This document shows, one piece after another, positions 13,384-25,377 of a stretch of DNA of 64,000 bases (position 1 is its first letter; every line of letters begins with the position of its first letter). The notes beneath the pieces are model-generated. The model was not told the origin of the DNA. It searched no databases and saw only the letters and a program-made list of their open reading frames with translations. A program made the translations under genes and the position numbers. Source of the DNA: Eledone cirrhosa. Taxonomy: Eukaryota. The DNA is taken from positions 77,438,001 to 77,502,000 of the forward strand of contig OZ024741.1 in the NCBI GenBank assembly GCA_964016885.1, in the 5' to 3' direction.

Positions 13384-14011
13384 AAATTTAAATTTATGTC
13401 TGTATATATACAGCGCAGAAGTAACAATGACTGCATAAATGTGTAATTAATTTATAGATTTAGTATATAGACATGTAGCTATGTAAAATTGTGCATACTT
13501 CCCTGTAAATTGGACAACCACAGGGAAAGACGTAAGTGAGGGGCTTACATACTCTATCACTTATAGTAGTATCCTGAAGTGGACGTACTCATTTGCAGAC
13601 TATTAACGCTCATGCTGGAAGTTAATTTTGATATATTATATGATATACATATCTTCTGATGAAAAACACAAAAGGTTCGAAAATCGATTCTAGGCATTTA
13701 TCATGTTTTTAATTTATAGGGAAGTATGTAAAATTAGGCGTGTTTATATGTCTATATATTAAATGTGTAAATATATATGCATATTTACACAGTCTCGCTT
13801 ACCTCTCCACTGTATATCAATGGACATATATCAATCTTTGTGACCCTGAAAGGATATCATATACCTTGCCTTTCCTCCTTTGTACACGGTGATAGAAAAG
13901 TAACTCCATGTTGAATACCGAATGATACCTCACCATGCTGCAAGATGAAATCTGGCTAGTTATCTGTACTTGGGAGAATATTGAAGATTTGATTTTGCTA
14001 TTATTGGCTGA

Positions 14012-14390
14012 ATACCCACTTTCCTGGGAGATGGATGGGTCGTCGTGGTCCGCATGAGTAATCAGCCAGAAGCCCTGACTTAACACTCTGCGACTTTTTT
14101 CTTTGGGATCGGTTAAAGGAGCAAGTCTACTCTACCAAACCAACGACTTTGAAAGAACTTGAAGGGCGAATACGAGAAGTTGTCTTCCATCCCACAAGAG
14201 TTCCTGGTGAAATCAGTTGATGCGTTTCCCGGGCAGCTTGAAAAGCTGGTGGCGAACGCTGGTACCCATATTGAATTTTAAATAAAACTCCGTGCAATAC
14301 GCTTTCTTCTTATTCATTTCTTGTAAAACTTATCGTTAAAAAATAAATTATAAGAATTTTAAAACAGGGAGTTACTTTTCAATCACTGTA
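14012..14390 (+). mobile_element. Tc1/mariner transposase C-terminal remnant with right end
   Basis: GRWMGRRGPHE*SARSPDLTLCDFFLWDRLKEQVY...GTHIEF*; ends ...cactgTA. Confidence 0.8.
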
Positions 14391-14762
14391 CATACCAAAG
14401 AACGAGTCCTGTACGTCGTAGTAGGTCGTGTTAGAATTAGCAACGAAATTTTACTCAAATCATACTCTTTTGTGCTGTTATCCGAACATTGCCGAGTACT
14501 CCTGCTAGTAAGATATAAAAAGTAAAGTGTTTATTGAATCAAGAAGTGAAAATTAAGGTTTATGGTTTGTTGTTAGTACGTACAGTAATATTTGCTGTCT
14601 AACTCAACTGGATGTCAGATGATGACAATGAAACAATGATGGTTACGACACCTTTATTAGTTTATTCTTTTACTTGTTTCAGTCATTAGATTGCAGTCAT
14701 GCTGGGACACCACCTCGATGGTAGCACAATTTTTTATCTTTTTCTTTCTTTTTTTTCCACAG

Positions 14763-14809
14763 GTTCCGGAGCTTCATTGAATGGCCTGAACCAAATGGAC
14801 AAGAAGCAT
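14763..14809 (+). CDS. Host gene coding exon (phase 1->0), (G)SGASLNGLNQMDKKH
   Basis: Polypyrimidine tract + cag acceptor and gtaagt donor; phase fits the next exon. Upstream exon not found. Confidence 0.7.
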
Positions 14810-15144
14810 GTAAGTGGGAAAGATTTACTGACATATCTTACTCAGTTTTCGCTGAGTGACAGAGTGCATGTGTGCATGTGAGCGTGTGTATATATGTGCG
14901 TGTATGTGTATGTTCATCTGTGCGTATATGCATGTGTGTGTATGCGCATGTGTGCTTATGCGCATGTGTGCGTGCGTACATGTGTGCGTGTGTGCATGTA
15001 TATGTGTGCATGTGTTCATGTGTGTTCATATGTACGTGTTTGCATGTGCGCGCGATCTATAGAATTAAATAGTAATAACGGATCACCCAATCTTAATCTT
15101 CTTGAAATAGAACCTAAATTTCCCTCAAATCAAAGTTAAAAAAG

Positions 15145-15212
15145 TTGTGCCCATTATGTATTTTGCATGCTAAATTGGAAAATTTAGTATGCAAAATACA
15201 TAATGGGCACAA
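15145..15212. repeat. 32-bp-arm hairpin with GGAA loop
   Basis: ttgtgcccattatgtattttgcatgctaaatt-ggaa-aatttagtatgcaaaatacataatgggcacaa. Confidence 0.9.
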
Positions 15213-15351
15213 GTTGAATAGATTTGTTTATAGATACGCTCAAACAAAAATGATGTGGAGCTAAACAACGACAACAATAACAACAATAACTACAACAATC
15301 CCTTCATCCTACTCACTGCTTCTTCTTTTCTTTTCTATCCTCTTTTCATAG

Positions 15352-15595
15352 GAAGCCGAAGAAGAATTAGAAGACCAGCTTCATTTGGAAAAACGTAAAG
15401 TGGAGAACAGTAGTGATAGAAAGATGAATGTGGAGATGACAACTACCATGGATGTAACAACAGAGGCGGATTCATTAATGACGACAGAGCTTAACGAGCA
15501 GAACATTCTGGAGAAACTTGGCGTTAAAGGCTTCGTCCATCTGCTCTCCTCTGTCTTTGAGCATCATCCGGAAGTGTTGAATGAATTCCTCGCCA
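15352..15595 (+). CDS. Host gene coding exon (phase 0->1), EAEEELEDQLHLEKRK...PEVLNEFLA
   Basis: tcttttcatag acceptor, gtaagt donor, open frame. Confidence 0.8.
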
Positions 15596-15647
15596 GTAAG
15601 TCTGCTGGATATCTACTCTACCATTTATGTACACATTAAACGTATCC

Positions 15648-16280
<633 letters not shown>

Positions 16281-16289
16281 TATCTATCT

Positions 16290-16478
16290 ATAGGAAAAGT
16301 GTCAGGACCCCGACGGCTGAGCTCCGGCCGTTTCGACAGCTAGATCTAGCTGTCGAAACGGCCGGAGCTCAGCCGTCGGGGTCCTGACTCTTTTCCTATT
16401 ACCCACTTTACTACCCTAAGTATCGGGTACTCTGGTGTTATGGTCCACCTAGTATCTTACCACACCTTCTTTGTTATC
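16290..16478 (+). mobile_element. Fold-back mini-element
   Basis: Near-perfect 110-bp palindrome 16290-16399 centred on AGATCT, plus a tail of about 80 nt. Confidence 0.9.
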
Positions 16479-16483
16479 TACGT

Positions 16484-17860
16484 ACTGGAACGAAGTGACG
16501 GCCAAGGTGTTTGCACTCACCCAGAAGTGGGCCGAGTGCAAACTATCCTTGAAAGGTCGAGCGGAGGTGGCGAACACTTTTATAGCGTCCGCCATCTACT
16601 ACCGCTTGACCGTCGTGCCTTGTCCAGCCAAAACGCTCGCCAAAATGGAGCGCGCGCTCTTCCAATTCCTTTGGAAGAGGCGGGCTCCTTTGGTGAGAAG
16701 ATCCATCTGCTGCCAACACCCTTCTAACGGAGGGCTGGGGATGCCGTGGTTGACGATGCGCAAACACGCGCTCAGGCTGCGACATCTCTACGTATTCCTC
16801 ACCGGACAACCGGTGTGGGCCCCGTTCGTGAGGCGAGCCTTCCCACAACTCGTCTCGCTGACCGAGCTGCAGTCCTGGGTCAAGCAAAGACCGAGGAAAA
16901 TGGGCGACTGGCACATCGAATGTGCTCAGGCGCTCACAGCTCTCTGGCAGGCGGACCCGGCGATCAGTGGAGACTCCACTTCGTCATTCTATAGAGGGTT
17001 GATCCGCAGCAAGTGTGACGACGCGCTCGGTGACATTCTAGGCGTAGAAGATGAACTGGCCAGTCTGTTCGGTAGGACCTTCCGCCCGGGACCGATGGAC
17101 AACTTCCAAAAGTCCCTGGCCTGGCAGTGCTACCGAGGAGCTCTACCAGTTCGAGACAAGCTCTACAGACATGGGCGCCCGGGCAGGGACCCTGCAAAGA
17201 AGATCTGTCCGAGATGCGTGCGAGACGAAGAAACCGTCGCGCACGCATTCATACACTGCCCGGGCGTCACTGACCTGTGGGGCTATGTAGAACGACTATT
17301 GTCGCGGGTGGGACCAATCCGGTTGACCACCGAGTCCATTGTCATGATCAAACCGCCACCCTCCTTCAGAAACGAAGGAGAGGCGGTTTTCCTTTGTGTG
17401 ATAGCTATGGCGAAAGAGGTTGTATGGTGGACAAGGTTGAAAGGGCTGAGGTCAGACACCATTCTCTCTGACCAACAACTGATTCTTTTTTTCAAATACC
17501 ACTTTGGAAGAAGAATCAAGATGGAGAGAGAGGTGCTGTACCCCAGCAAGTTTTATGAAAGGTGGGTGAAAGTGGCGAGAATGGCCCGAGTGAATGGGCC
17601 TTCTCTCTATATCAGCCTGTAGGTTGAGGAAAAGGGGGAGGAGAGGAAAGGAGTACAAACTCTTCGTACTCCTGGAGATGAGGGTTGCACATTTTTTCGG
17701 GGGTATGTGTTACCCATATGAACTGTCTCCCCTATTGGGGAAAATCGACTAATTTTTTAAATTGCATTTGTGATAACATTTTACACGTTTTTATTGTATG
17801 TAAACTTCTCCCTTTGTATTTGTCCCCTTCTTTTGTGCCCCTGTGGCTAATAAAGAAACA
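16484..17860 (+). mobile_element. 5'-truncated Tx1/L1-like LINE, ORF2 C-terminal half in an intact frame
   Basis: LSLKGRAEVAN...FLWKRR...GGLGMP...CPRC...ETVAHAFIHC (zf-RVT-type CCHC). Confidence 0.9.
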
Positions 17861-18007
17861 TATCTATATACATACATACATACATACATACATACATACA
17901 TACATACATACATACATACATGGATGAATTCCTCACCAGCAAGTCTGCTAATATCTACTCTACCACTTATGTACACATAGGTGTATCTATCCATCGATCC
18001 ATCCATA

Positions 18008-18480
18008 CATGATGGCTGCAAACTATGCTAAGAGTACTGCAATCGCTTGTCAGATTATAGAGTTTGGTGGCACTTTTAGGCTACGGCCAGTCACACAAAC
18101 CTGTAACATATCCTGAACAAGCATTGCCTGTGGAGAAAGGCCTTGCACTCGACTAATCCCACTCAATGAGCATCGAAAACACTACCCGAAAAGGAGAACT
18201 GGTCAACATCATCGGCTGCTTCCGAAGCAACAGGTTTTTTTTTTTCAGAGTTTCCCTTTCCTAGAAAGGTGTTGTGACATATGGGGGCCTTTCAGTCCCA
18301 AGTGGAAAAATAAGTACTATTTGGATGGCCGGGTCTCGTGGTCGGGTCGTCGGTGACTTAACCGGAAACCCCACTAAGCTTGCTTGGTGAGGAGGGTGAT
18401 ATTTGGACACCCTGCGGGATGAAATAAAAGACCGGCAAAGGGCAGAGGAACTCAACAGAGTCAACGGTCATGCAAATAGT
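18008..18480. mobile_element. Diverged RTE-derived cassette (variant C) with inverted 5' part
   Basis: 18008-18300 is colinear with variants A/B; 18320-18480 is the opposite-strand version of their 5' region. Confidence 0.6.
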
Positions 18481-18525
18481 ACGGTTTTTTCCATTCATTC
18501 AACCATACATACATACATTCATACA

Positions 18526-20453
18526 TGATGATGTCTGCCCCCTCGTTATCGAGTATGGCCATTGCATGATATACCATTTGCCTTTCATCCTTACGGGGTC
18601 GATAAAATAAAGTACCAGTAATGCACTGGGTAATTGCTGGCCTTGTGCCTAAAGTAGAAACAATTAATTAATTCTATCGTGCAATGCCTGTGCATGAAGA
18701 TATTTTTTAAAGTGAGGAAAGACTGTGCACTGAGCCAATCCCACTCTCTGAGCGACAGTAGCTATAGGTTTTATATCGGAGTTATCCCAGTTTCCTGAGT
18801 TTCCTTCTCCTACATGAATGCCCTGTCAAAGGCTATGGGTCCTTCATTCCCAGTGGTTTAACCGCGCGGTACATGTGTATATACATATTTACACACTTTT
18901 GGATGGCCGTTGAATCTTATGAGTTCTTCCGCCCTTTGTCAGGTTTTGCTTTTTGTCCTGCAGCGTGTCCAAAATCACCCTCCTCACCAAGTAAACTTGG
19001 TTGGGTTGCCGGTTTAGTCGCCGACGACCCGACCATGCGACAGGTTGTACTGGGTTACATGTTACCAGTAGCACTCAAAAGTGACCCGACATGCATACAT
19101 ACATACATACATACATACATACATACATACATACATACATACATACATACATACATACATGGTGGCTGCCAACTCGTTTTCGAGTACGGCCACTACTTTA
19201 TATCCATGTAGGAGAACCCCTACCGATGAGCTGAACGAGTGTGACTTTTTAGTCCCGCCAGCGACTTGAAAACTCTGGTACAAACACTACACCTGTGACA
19301 ATTATTGACACATAGTGCTGGGCCCATGGTACCATGTGACGACAAGTGCAGAGAGATCTCCAGATATAAAGCAATGCCTGTGCCGTGAAGCTTTTATAGT
19401 GAGCAAAGGCACTGCACAAAGCCAGTCCCACTCTCTTAACCAAGATGATATTTACCAAAAAGAAGAACAAGTCAACATCATTGGATACCATCAGGGTTGC
19501 AGGTGTTATATCAGAGTTTTCCTTCTCCTAGAATTCTGCCTTGACAAAGGCTAAGGGGTCATCTCTCTCGGTGATTTTGGATGGCCATTGACTCTTAAGA
19601 GCTCCTTTGCCCTTTGACAGGTTTTGTTTTTAGTCCTGCAGGATGTCCAAAGTCACCCTCCTCACCAAGAAACCTTGGTGGGGTTGCCAGTTTAGTCGCT
19701 AACGACCCGACCATGAGACAGGTTGTACTGGGATACATGTTACCAGTAGCACCAACTGGTGCATACATACATACATACATACATACATACATACATACAT
19801 ACATACATACATACATACATACATACATACATACATACATACATACATGGTGGCTGCCAACTCGTTTTCGAGTACGGCCACTACTTTATATCCATGTAGG
19901 AGAACCCCTACCGATACGCTGAACGAGTGTGACTTAGTCCAGCCAGCGACTTGAAAACTCTGGTACAAACACTACACTTGTGACAATTATTGACACATAA
20001 TGCTGGGCCCATGGTACCATGTGACGACAAGTGCAGAGAGATCTCCAGATATAAAGCAATGCCTGTGCCGTGAAGCTTTTATAGTGAGCAAAGGCACTGC
20101 ACAAAGCCAGTCCCACTCTCTTAACCAAGATGATATTTACCAAAAAGAAGAACAAGTCAACATCCTTGGATACCATCAGGGTTGCAGGTGTTATATCAGA
20201 GTTTTCCTTCTCCTAGAATTCTGCCTTGACAAAGGCTAAGGGGTCATCTCTCCCGGTGATTTTGGATGGCCATTGACTCGTAAGAGCTCCTTTGCCTTTT
20301 GACAGGTTTTGTTTTTAGTCCTGCAGGATGTCCAAAGTCACCCTCCACACCAAGAAATATTGGTGGGGTTGACAGTTTAGTCGCCAACGACCCGACCATG
20401 AGACAGGTTGTACTGGGATACATGTTACCAGTAGCACCAACTGGTGACCTGAC
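18526..20453 (-). mobile_element. Head-to-tail run of three RTE-derived cassettes (B 18526-19090, A 19159-19762, A 19846-20453) separated by (TACA)n
   Basis: Direct repeats visible; - strand carries ctaggagaaggaaaactctg (RTE-type 5'UTR) and a 3' end ...ggcagccacc(atgt)n; no ORF. Confidence 0.8.
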
Positions 20454-20477
20454 ATAATACATACATACATACATACA

Positions 20478-20511
<34 letters not shown>

Positions 20512-20517
20512 CATACA

Positions 20518-20905
20518 TGGGTGGATTATTAAGGCTTTACAGTTAGCTACCGCAGTCCCACAACCATTGGTAGCTGCTGTTGAACGCCTGACCAAGAACT
20601 GGTACTCCAATTTGATCCTTAGAGGTGAGAAGGAGCAAGTTAAGACTGATAAGATACATTACCAGAAGGGCATCTTTCAGGGTGATAGCTTGTCTGTGCT
20701 ACTCTTCGTTCTCTCACTGAATCCACTATCTTACCTACTCAGGAAACAAGGTGGACAAAGAAGTGGGCCCAGAAGTATCTCCCATCTTTTCTTTGTTGAT
20801 GACCTGAAGTTGTATGGGCCAAATATCAATGACATCAAGAAACAATTGGACCTCATTACACAATTTTCAACCGACATCAAAATGAAATTTGGTGAGTCCA
20901 AAGGA
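20518..20905 (+). mobile_element. R4/Dong-like RT fragment
   Basis: KGIFQGDSLSVLLFVLSLNPLS...HLFFVDDLKLY; starts directly after (TACA)n. Confidence 0.85.
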
Positions 20906-21534
20906 AAAAGATTTTTTCAGTAGAAAATGCTGAAGAAATTCTTTCAGTGCAATATCAAAACATTTATTTATTTATAAAGAGGATATTTCCGCATTTAATA
21001 ATGGTACCGGTTTCAGCATTATATGCATTGTTAATTGCAGATATGCATAATATGGTTAAGTTACATATTTATACAAATAATATTAATAAAAAGTGGAAGA
21101 AAAATTATTAATTTTTACATACATATTTTGAAAGGAGAGTTCTTATCTGTGTCTGTGTTTGTCCTTCTTTCTCTGTTAGTTGATTTCTTTCTTTTTTAAA
21201 AATAAAAATTAAAATGTTTTACCTTTTTCCTTTTTATCTTCCTTTTATATTTTTCCTTATTTTCTTCCTTTTACATTTTTTTTATTATTTTATTATTATT
21301 TTTTATTATGTTTTAACCATTGCCTGTATTTTTTGCTTATGTGTGCCATCAATTGTATCTGCATCTTGTGAAATCTACTTGTGCCCTGGCATTTAGTTGT
21401 GGTGCTTAACAACCCCAACATGTACCCCTTCCTTGTTCGCCATCTCCGATCTCCCTATCTTTACCCTCTATTGCATTCCGATTGTTCGTGTGACTAGGCT
21501 TTGTGGAGCTTATACTCAGCACTGTGTTTATTAA

Positions 21535-21579
21535 GCTCTGAGGATTCCTACCAAACAGTATGGATGAAACATTGTAAGC
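21535..21579 (+). ncRNA. Type I HHR at a PLE-like 3' end
   Basis: gct-CTGAGGA-t tcc tac..gta t gga t-GAAAC att GTA-agc, followed by AATAAA and (TA)n. Confidence 0.65.
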
Positions 21580-21617
21580 AAATAAAAACTGTTTGAGTAT
21601 GTACGCGTTCTTTGGTT

Positions 21618-21686
<69 letters not shown>

Positions 21687-21927
21687 ATATTTCGTGTGGT
21701 GAGTCATAGTTGGATTAGGTTTACCTCTATTTTGATGTTGGGTGGATTTACAATAGAAGAAATTTCATACATACATACACCACCATCATTATCATCGTCA
21801 TCATAACCATCATTAGCATCATCATTATCATCATCGTCGTCATCATCACCACCATCGTTGCTGTTTATCGTTCTTTTTTTTATTTTATGATGTTTTTCTA
21901 TTAACATTCTTCATTCTTGGTCTCCAG

Positions 21928-22070
21928 GGAAGAGCAATCTTCTGGAAAAATTTTCATCTACAGCTGGGTCTCCTCGCCACCACGTCAGACCACATCTGCT
22001 CGAAACTGAGGATTCTGCCAGTTACCTGCCTGTTCACTACAAGAAGTCCAACTCAATAAACCACAGATTA
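21928..22070 (+). CDS. Host gene coding exon (phase 1->0), (R)KSNLLEKFSSTAGSPRHH...NSINHRL
   Basis: ctccag acceptor, gtaagc donor, open in the required frame. Confidence 0.75.
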
Positions 22071-22819
22071 GTAAGCATCAAAATTGAACATTTGACACTA
22101 CAGTTCGTATAGTCAATGACCAGTATGTTTAGCCCCAAGCCAGCTCTCATTGAGCAGACCAATTATCAAAATCGTTTCATCCATGACTATCGCATCATTT
22201 TCTTCCTCAGACATAATATATCTAGCCACCTGCACTCGTCACTACGTTCAAATTAATGGAAAATATAAAACATAAATATAAAACATAAATATAAAACATG
22301 AATGTTAATATTTCAAGTTCTAGACGCCTTGATTGGTCATATGGTTGATGACGTGGCGCCATAATCGTCAAGCATCAGGAGATAGTTCTTCTTTTTATTT
22401 TTTAAAGATAATCAGCAGAAACTTTAGCATATATCGACAAGTTGTGATAAGCTCTTATTTTTTTCTACTGTATCAGCACGGGTGATGGATGAAGCGGAAC
22501 TTCTCTGTTAGGTAAATGTAGCAAAACATAAATCTGTTTCTAAATGCTGGCGTTCTGTCAGTAATTACCTTTATCATGTTTGTATTCCTCCGTGCAATCT
22601 TTAATTTCCAAAGGATTTTGGATAGAGAGTTGTGTTTTCTAGAAATCTGCAGCAAAACGAGCTGTTTCTACTACTGGTATAGTTTTTTGTTTTTTTTGTG
22701 AGTGTGTTTTTTTTTATTCAGTCTTATATGGTAGCTTCAGTTGTTATTTTTTATCATCAAGCATTCACCCTGTTTTCTCTTTATTGTTATCTGTTTTCAT
22801 TGTTTCTAATGATACAAAG

Positions 22820-23035
22820 AGCGGTGATTTGACAGTATCAGTAGAGCGTCGGATACTATGCTTTGCAGCATGAAGTTGCGGCCTTTTAGATTCTGATTTC
22901 AAATCCCACCGGGTTGAGCTTTGCCTTTCATCCTTACGGGGTCGATAAAATAAAGTACCAGTAACGCACTGGGGTCGATTTTCATCTCCCTCCCCCCATC
23001 AAAGTGTTGACATTGTATCTAAATCAGAAACCATT
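22820..23035 (+). mobile_element. tRNA/Nin SINE
   Basis: Degenerate A/B boxes + gcctttcatccttacggggtcgataaaataaagtaccag. Confidence 0.85.
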
Positions 23036-23082
23036 ATATCTAATGAAACAATAAGATAATAGAACTAAACAATTTCTTTCAG

Positions 23083-23140
23083 CCTCTTAGAAGACATTAC
23101 AACACAGCAGAAAAGAGATACCAAAACCACATCTACCACG
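23083..23140 (+). CDS. Host gene coding exon (phase 0->1), PLRRHYNTAEKRYQNHIYH
   Basis: ttctttcag acceptor, gttagt donor; bridges the phase between the 21928 and 28510 exons. Confidence 0.7.
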
Positions 23141-23532
23141 GTTAGTTAGCACCATTTTCATGCTTATTGTTGTTGTAGTTGTTGTTGTTGTTGTTGTTGT
23201 GTAGCCTCGGGTCAGTTTGGTTCAAACAGAGCCTATTGCACGCAAGTAATTCAGCAACAAACTTACTACCACCCAAAATTTGTTGATTTTCAATGCTCAG
23301 CTAGATGTATGCTCCTAGTATACACTCCCACGCGTAGTGGTGAGTCAATACTGTGGTACAGACAAGATATGTTGGTCGTTTTATTGTTGTTGCTGTTTTC
23401 TGGTGCTACTCTTGTTGGCTGGTTGTTTGTTTTTGTCGATTCCAGGATGTTTGAACAGCATTTTTATCTAAAGACATTTTTTTCCAATTCCGCCCGACCC
23501 GTCCCTTCAATCTATCTAATTTCGCATTCTTT

Positions 23533-23654
23533 CTTCTCATGAAGGACTAGCGTCCGAAACGTTAAGGCCCTCTTCCTGCTATTTCAAGCGTTAACCTAGT
23601 ATATTCCTTCCATATTCTGTACCGATTGTGTTGTTATTTCTGTTTACCTTTTAA

Positions 23655-23660
<6 letters not shown>
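23533..23660 (+). mobile_element. PLE-like terminal fragment with decayed HHR
   Basis: ctt-CTcATGA-a-ggac tagc gtcc-GAAACGTTA-agg (G5 mutated); related copies at 54055-54120 (+) and 55516-55628 (-). Confidence 0.6.
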
Positions 23661-23712
<52 letters not shown>

Positions 23713-23713
<1 letters not shown>

Positions 23714-24115
23714 TACAAAGTGTTAAAACGATCAAATTTTAGTTTAGAATTATTAGCTGACAATTGTTTCTTCCAGAGGGAAGTCTGTAATCATCGGAGC
23801 ATAAGGAATGTCGAAACATGTAACTAAAATCCTAGTCATTTAGAACATTTAGAACATTTAGAACATTTAGAACATAAATGTTCTAAATGACTAGGATTTT
23901 AGTTACATGTTTGGACATTCCTTATGCTCCGATGATTCCAGACTTCCCTCTGGAAGAAACAATTGTCAGCTAATAAATGTTCTAAACTAAAATTTGATCG
24001 TTTTAACACTTTGTATCTGGGCTCTGTAAAACACTTGAAAATTTACATTGAGCCTTTTGTCATACCGGTAACTGGCTAGTACTTAGTACTACCCTACATA
24101 TTTATAGTTATATCA
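23713..24115 (+). mobile_element. Fold-back mini-element with HHR pair (23756-23800 -, 23926-23970 +)
   Basis: Arms about 23713-23849 and 23876-24016, (agaacattt)n at the turn, tail about 100 nt; gct-CCGATGA-ttccaga..tctggaa-GAAAC AATT GTC-agc then AATAAA. Confidence 0.85.
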
Positions 24116-24142
24116 AACATATATAAATATAAATATTCTTAT

Positions 24143-24221
<79 letters not shown>

Positions 24222-24227
<6 letters not shown>

Positions 24228-24670
24228 AAGGTTGCTTGGGTGCGTCCATAGGCGGTATGCCAGTTGAGCACTCTATGCTCCTTCGGAGCAGAGTATGATA
24301 ATATGGAAAACGAAGAATCAGTGACGCATCGGAACACAAATTTATTACGTATTACAAATAAATTTGTGTTACGATGCATCACTGATTCTTCGTTTTCCAT
24401 ATTTTATGTGTATATATATATATATATATATATTTTAAATAGAGGTGTGACACACGAGTAAAAAGGAAAAGAAAATGCTGACAAATTTTTCCCAGTGAAA
24501 AATAGTTTAATTAGGAAAAAGTATAAATTAGTAATAAGTATTGGTTAGTATTCAGTTTTAGTTTTAGTTTTAACTGAATACTAACCAATACTTATTATTA
24601 ATTTATACTTATCCCTAATTAAAGTATTTTTCACTGGGAAAAATTTGGCAGCATTTTCTTTTCCTTTTTA

Positions 24671-24673
<3 letters not shown>
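24222..24673 (-). mobile_element. Two adjacent fold-back mini-elements (24222-24407, 24433-24673) without a visible HHR
   Basis: Arms 24299-24345/24356-24403 and 24458-24558/24572-24672; one-sided tails; (TA)n flanks. Confidence 0.8.
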
Positions 24674-24761
<88 letters not shown>

Positions 24762-24769
<8 letters not shown>

Positions 24770-25370
24770 GTGAGGTTTTTTTTACAAAATGAAAAATAAC
24801 CGGAGTGTCCTACACGAGTGAAAGTATAAAAAAAAAAGATGAAATCGAAAATGCAACTGGAGTCTTATTTTTAAAAAAATATATATATTTATTTGGTTCC
24901 TTTACCGGTTTCGCAGTTCTTCTGCTTTTCAAAAGTCATAATTGACAGCCATAATTTCATTTATAACCAATCAAATTACGTTTATTTATAAAAAGCATTC
25001 GTGAGCCCCCCTTTTTTTAAGTAAAAAGAAATTCAAACACTCAGATATGAAAAAACAACCTGTTACCACCCCTCCACCCCTTGTTTGAAGAACTTTGTAA
25101 CGGAACTGGCTCGAAATTTATTATAATTATTGACCAACCAATTAAATTACTTCTCGAAAAACCTGGCATTTCGAGCCACTTTTTCCATATAAAACAAGTA
25201 ACATTCAGAGACCAACCAGATGTGAGAAAAACCACAGACCCTCGATCTCAACTCTACTTTTGAAAAGCAGAAGAACTGCGAAACCGGTAAAGGAACCAAA
25301 TAAATATATATATTTTTTTTAAAATAAGACTCCAGTTGCATTTTCGATTTCATCTTTTTTTCTTTATATA
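24762..25370 (-). mobile_element. Fold-back element with U3-A8 variant HHR pair (24900-24935 -, 25257-25292 +)
   Basis: Arms about 24826-24937 and 25255-25365; ctt-TTGAAAA-gcag aagaa ctgc-GAAA CCGG TA-aag. Confidence 0.8.
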
Positions 25371-25377
25371 TATATAT

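Noticed and set aside
16345-16372. 3' half of an HHR (gtcGAAAcggccgga) in the 13116/16290/29016 family
   Set aside because: No UH site and no 5' core present, so not called.
18500-20520. Repeat-spacer look of (TACA)n blocks alternating with unique-looking segments (CRISPR-like)
   Set aside because: Eukaryotic DNA; the spacers are roughly 600-bp copies of one retroelement family and no cas genes are present.
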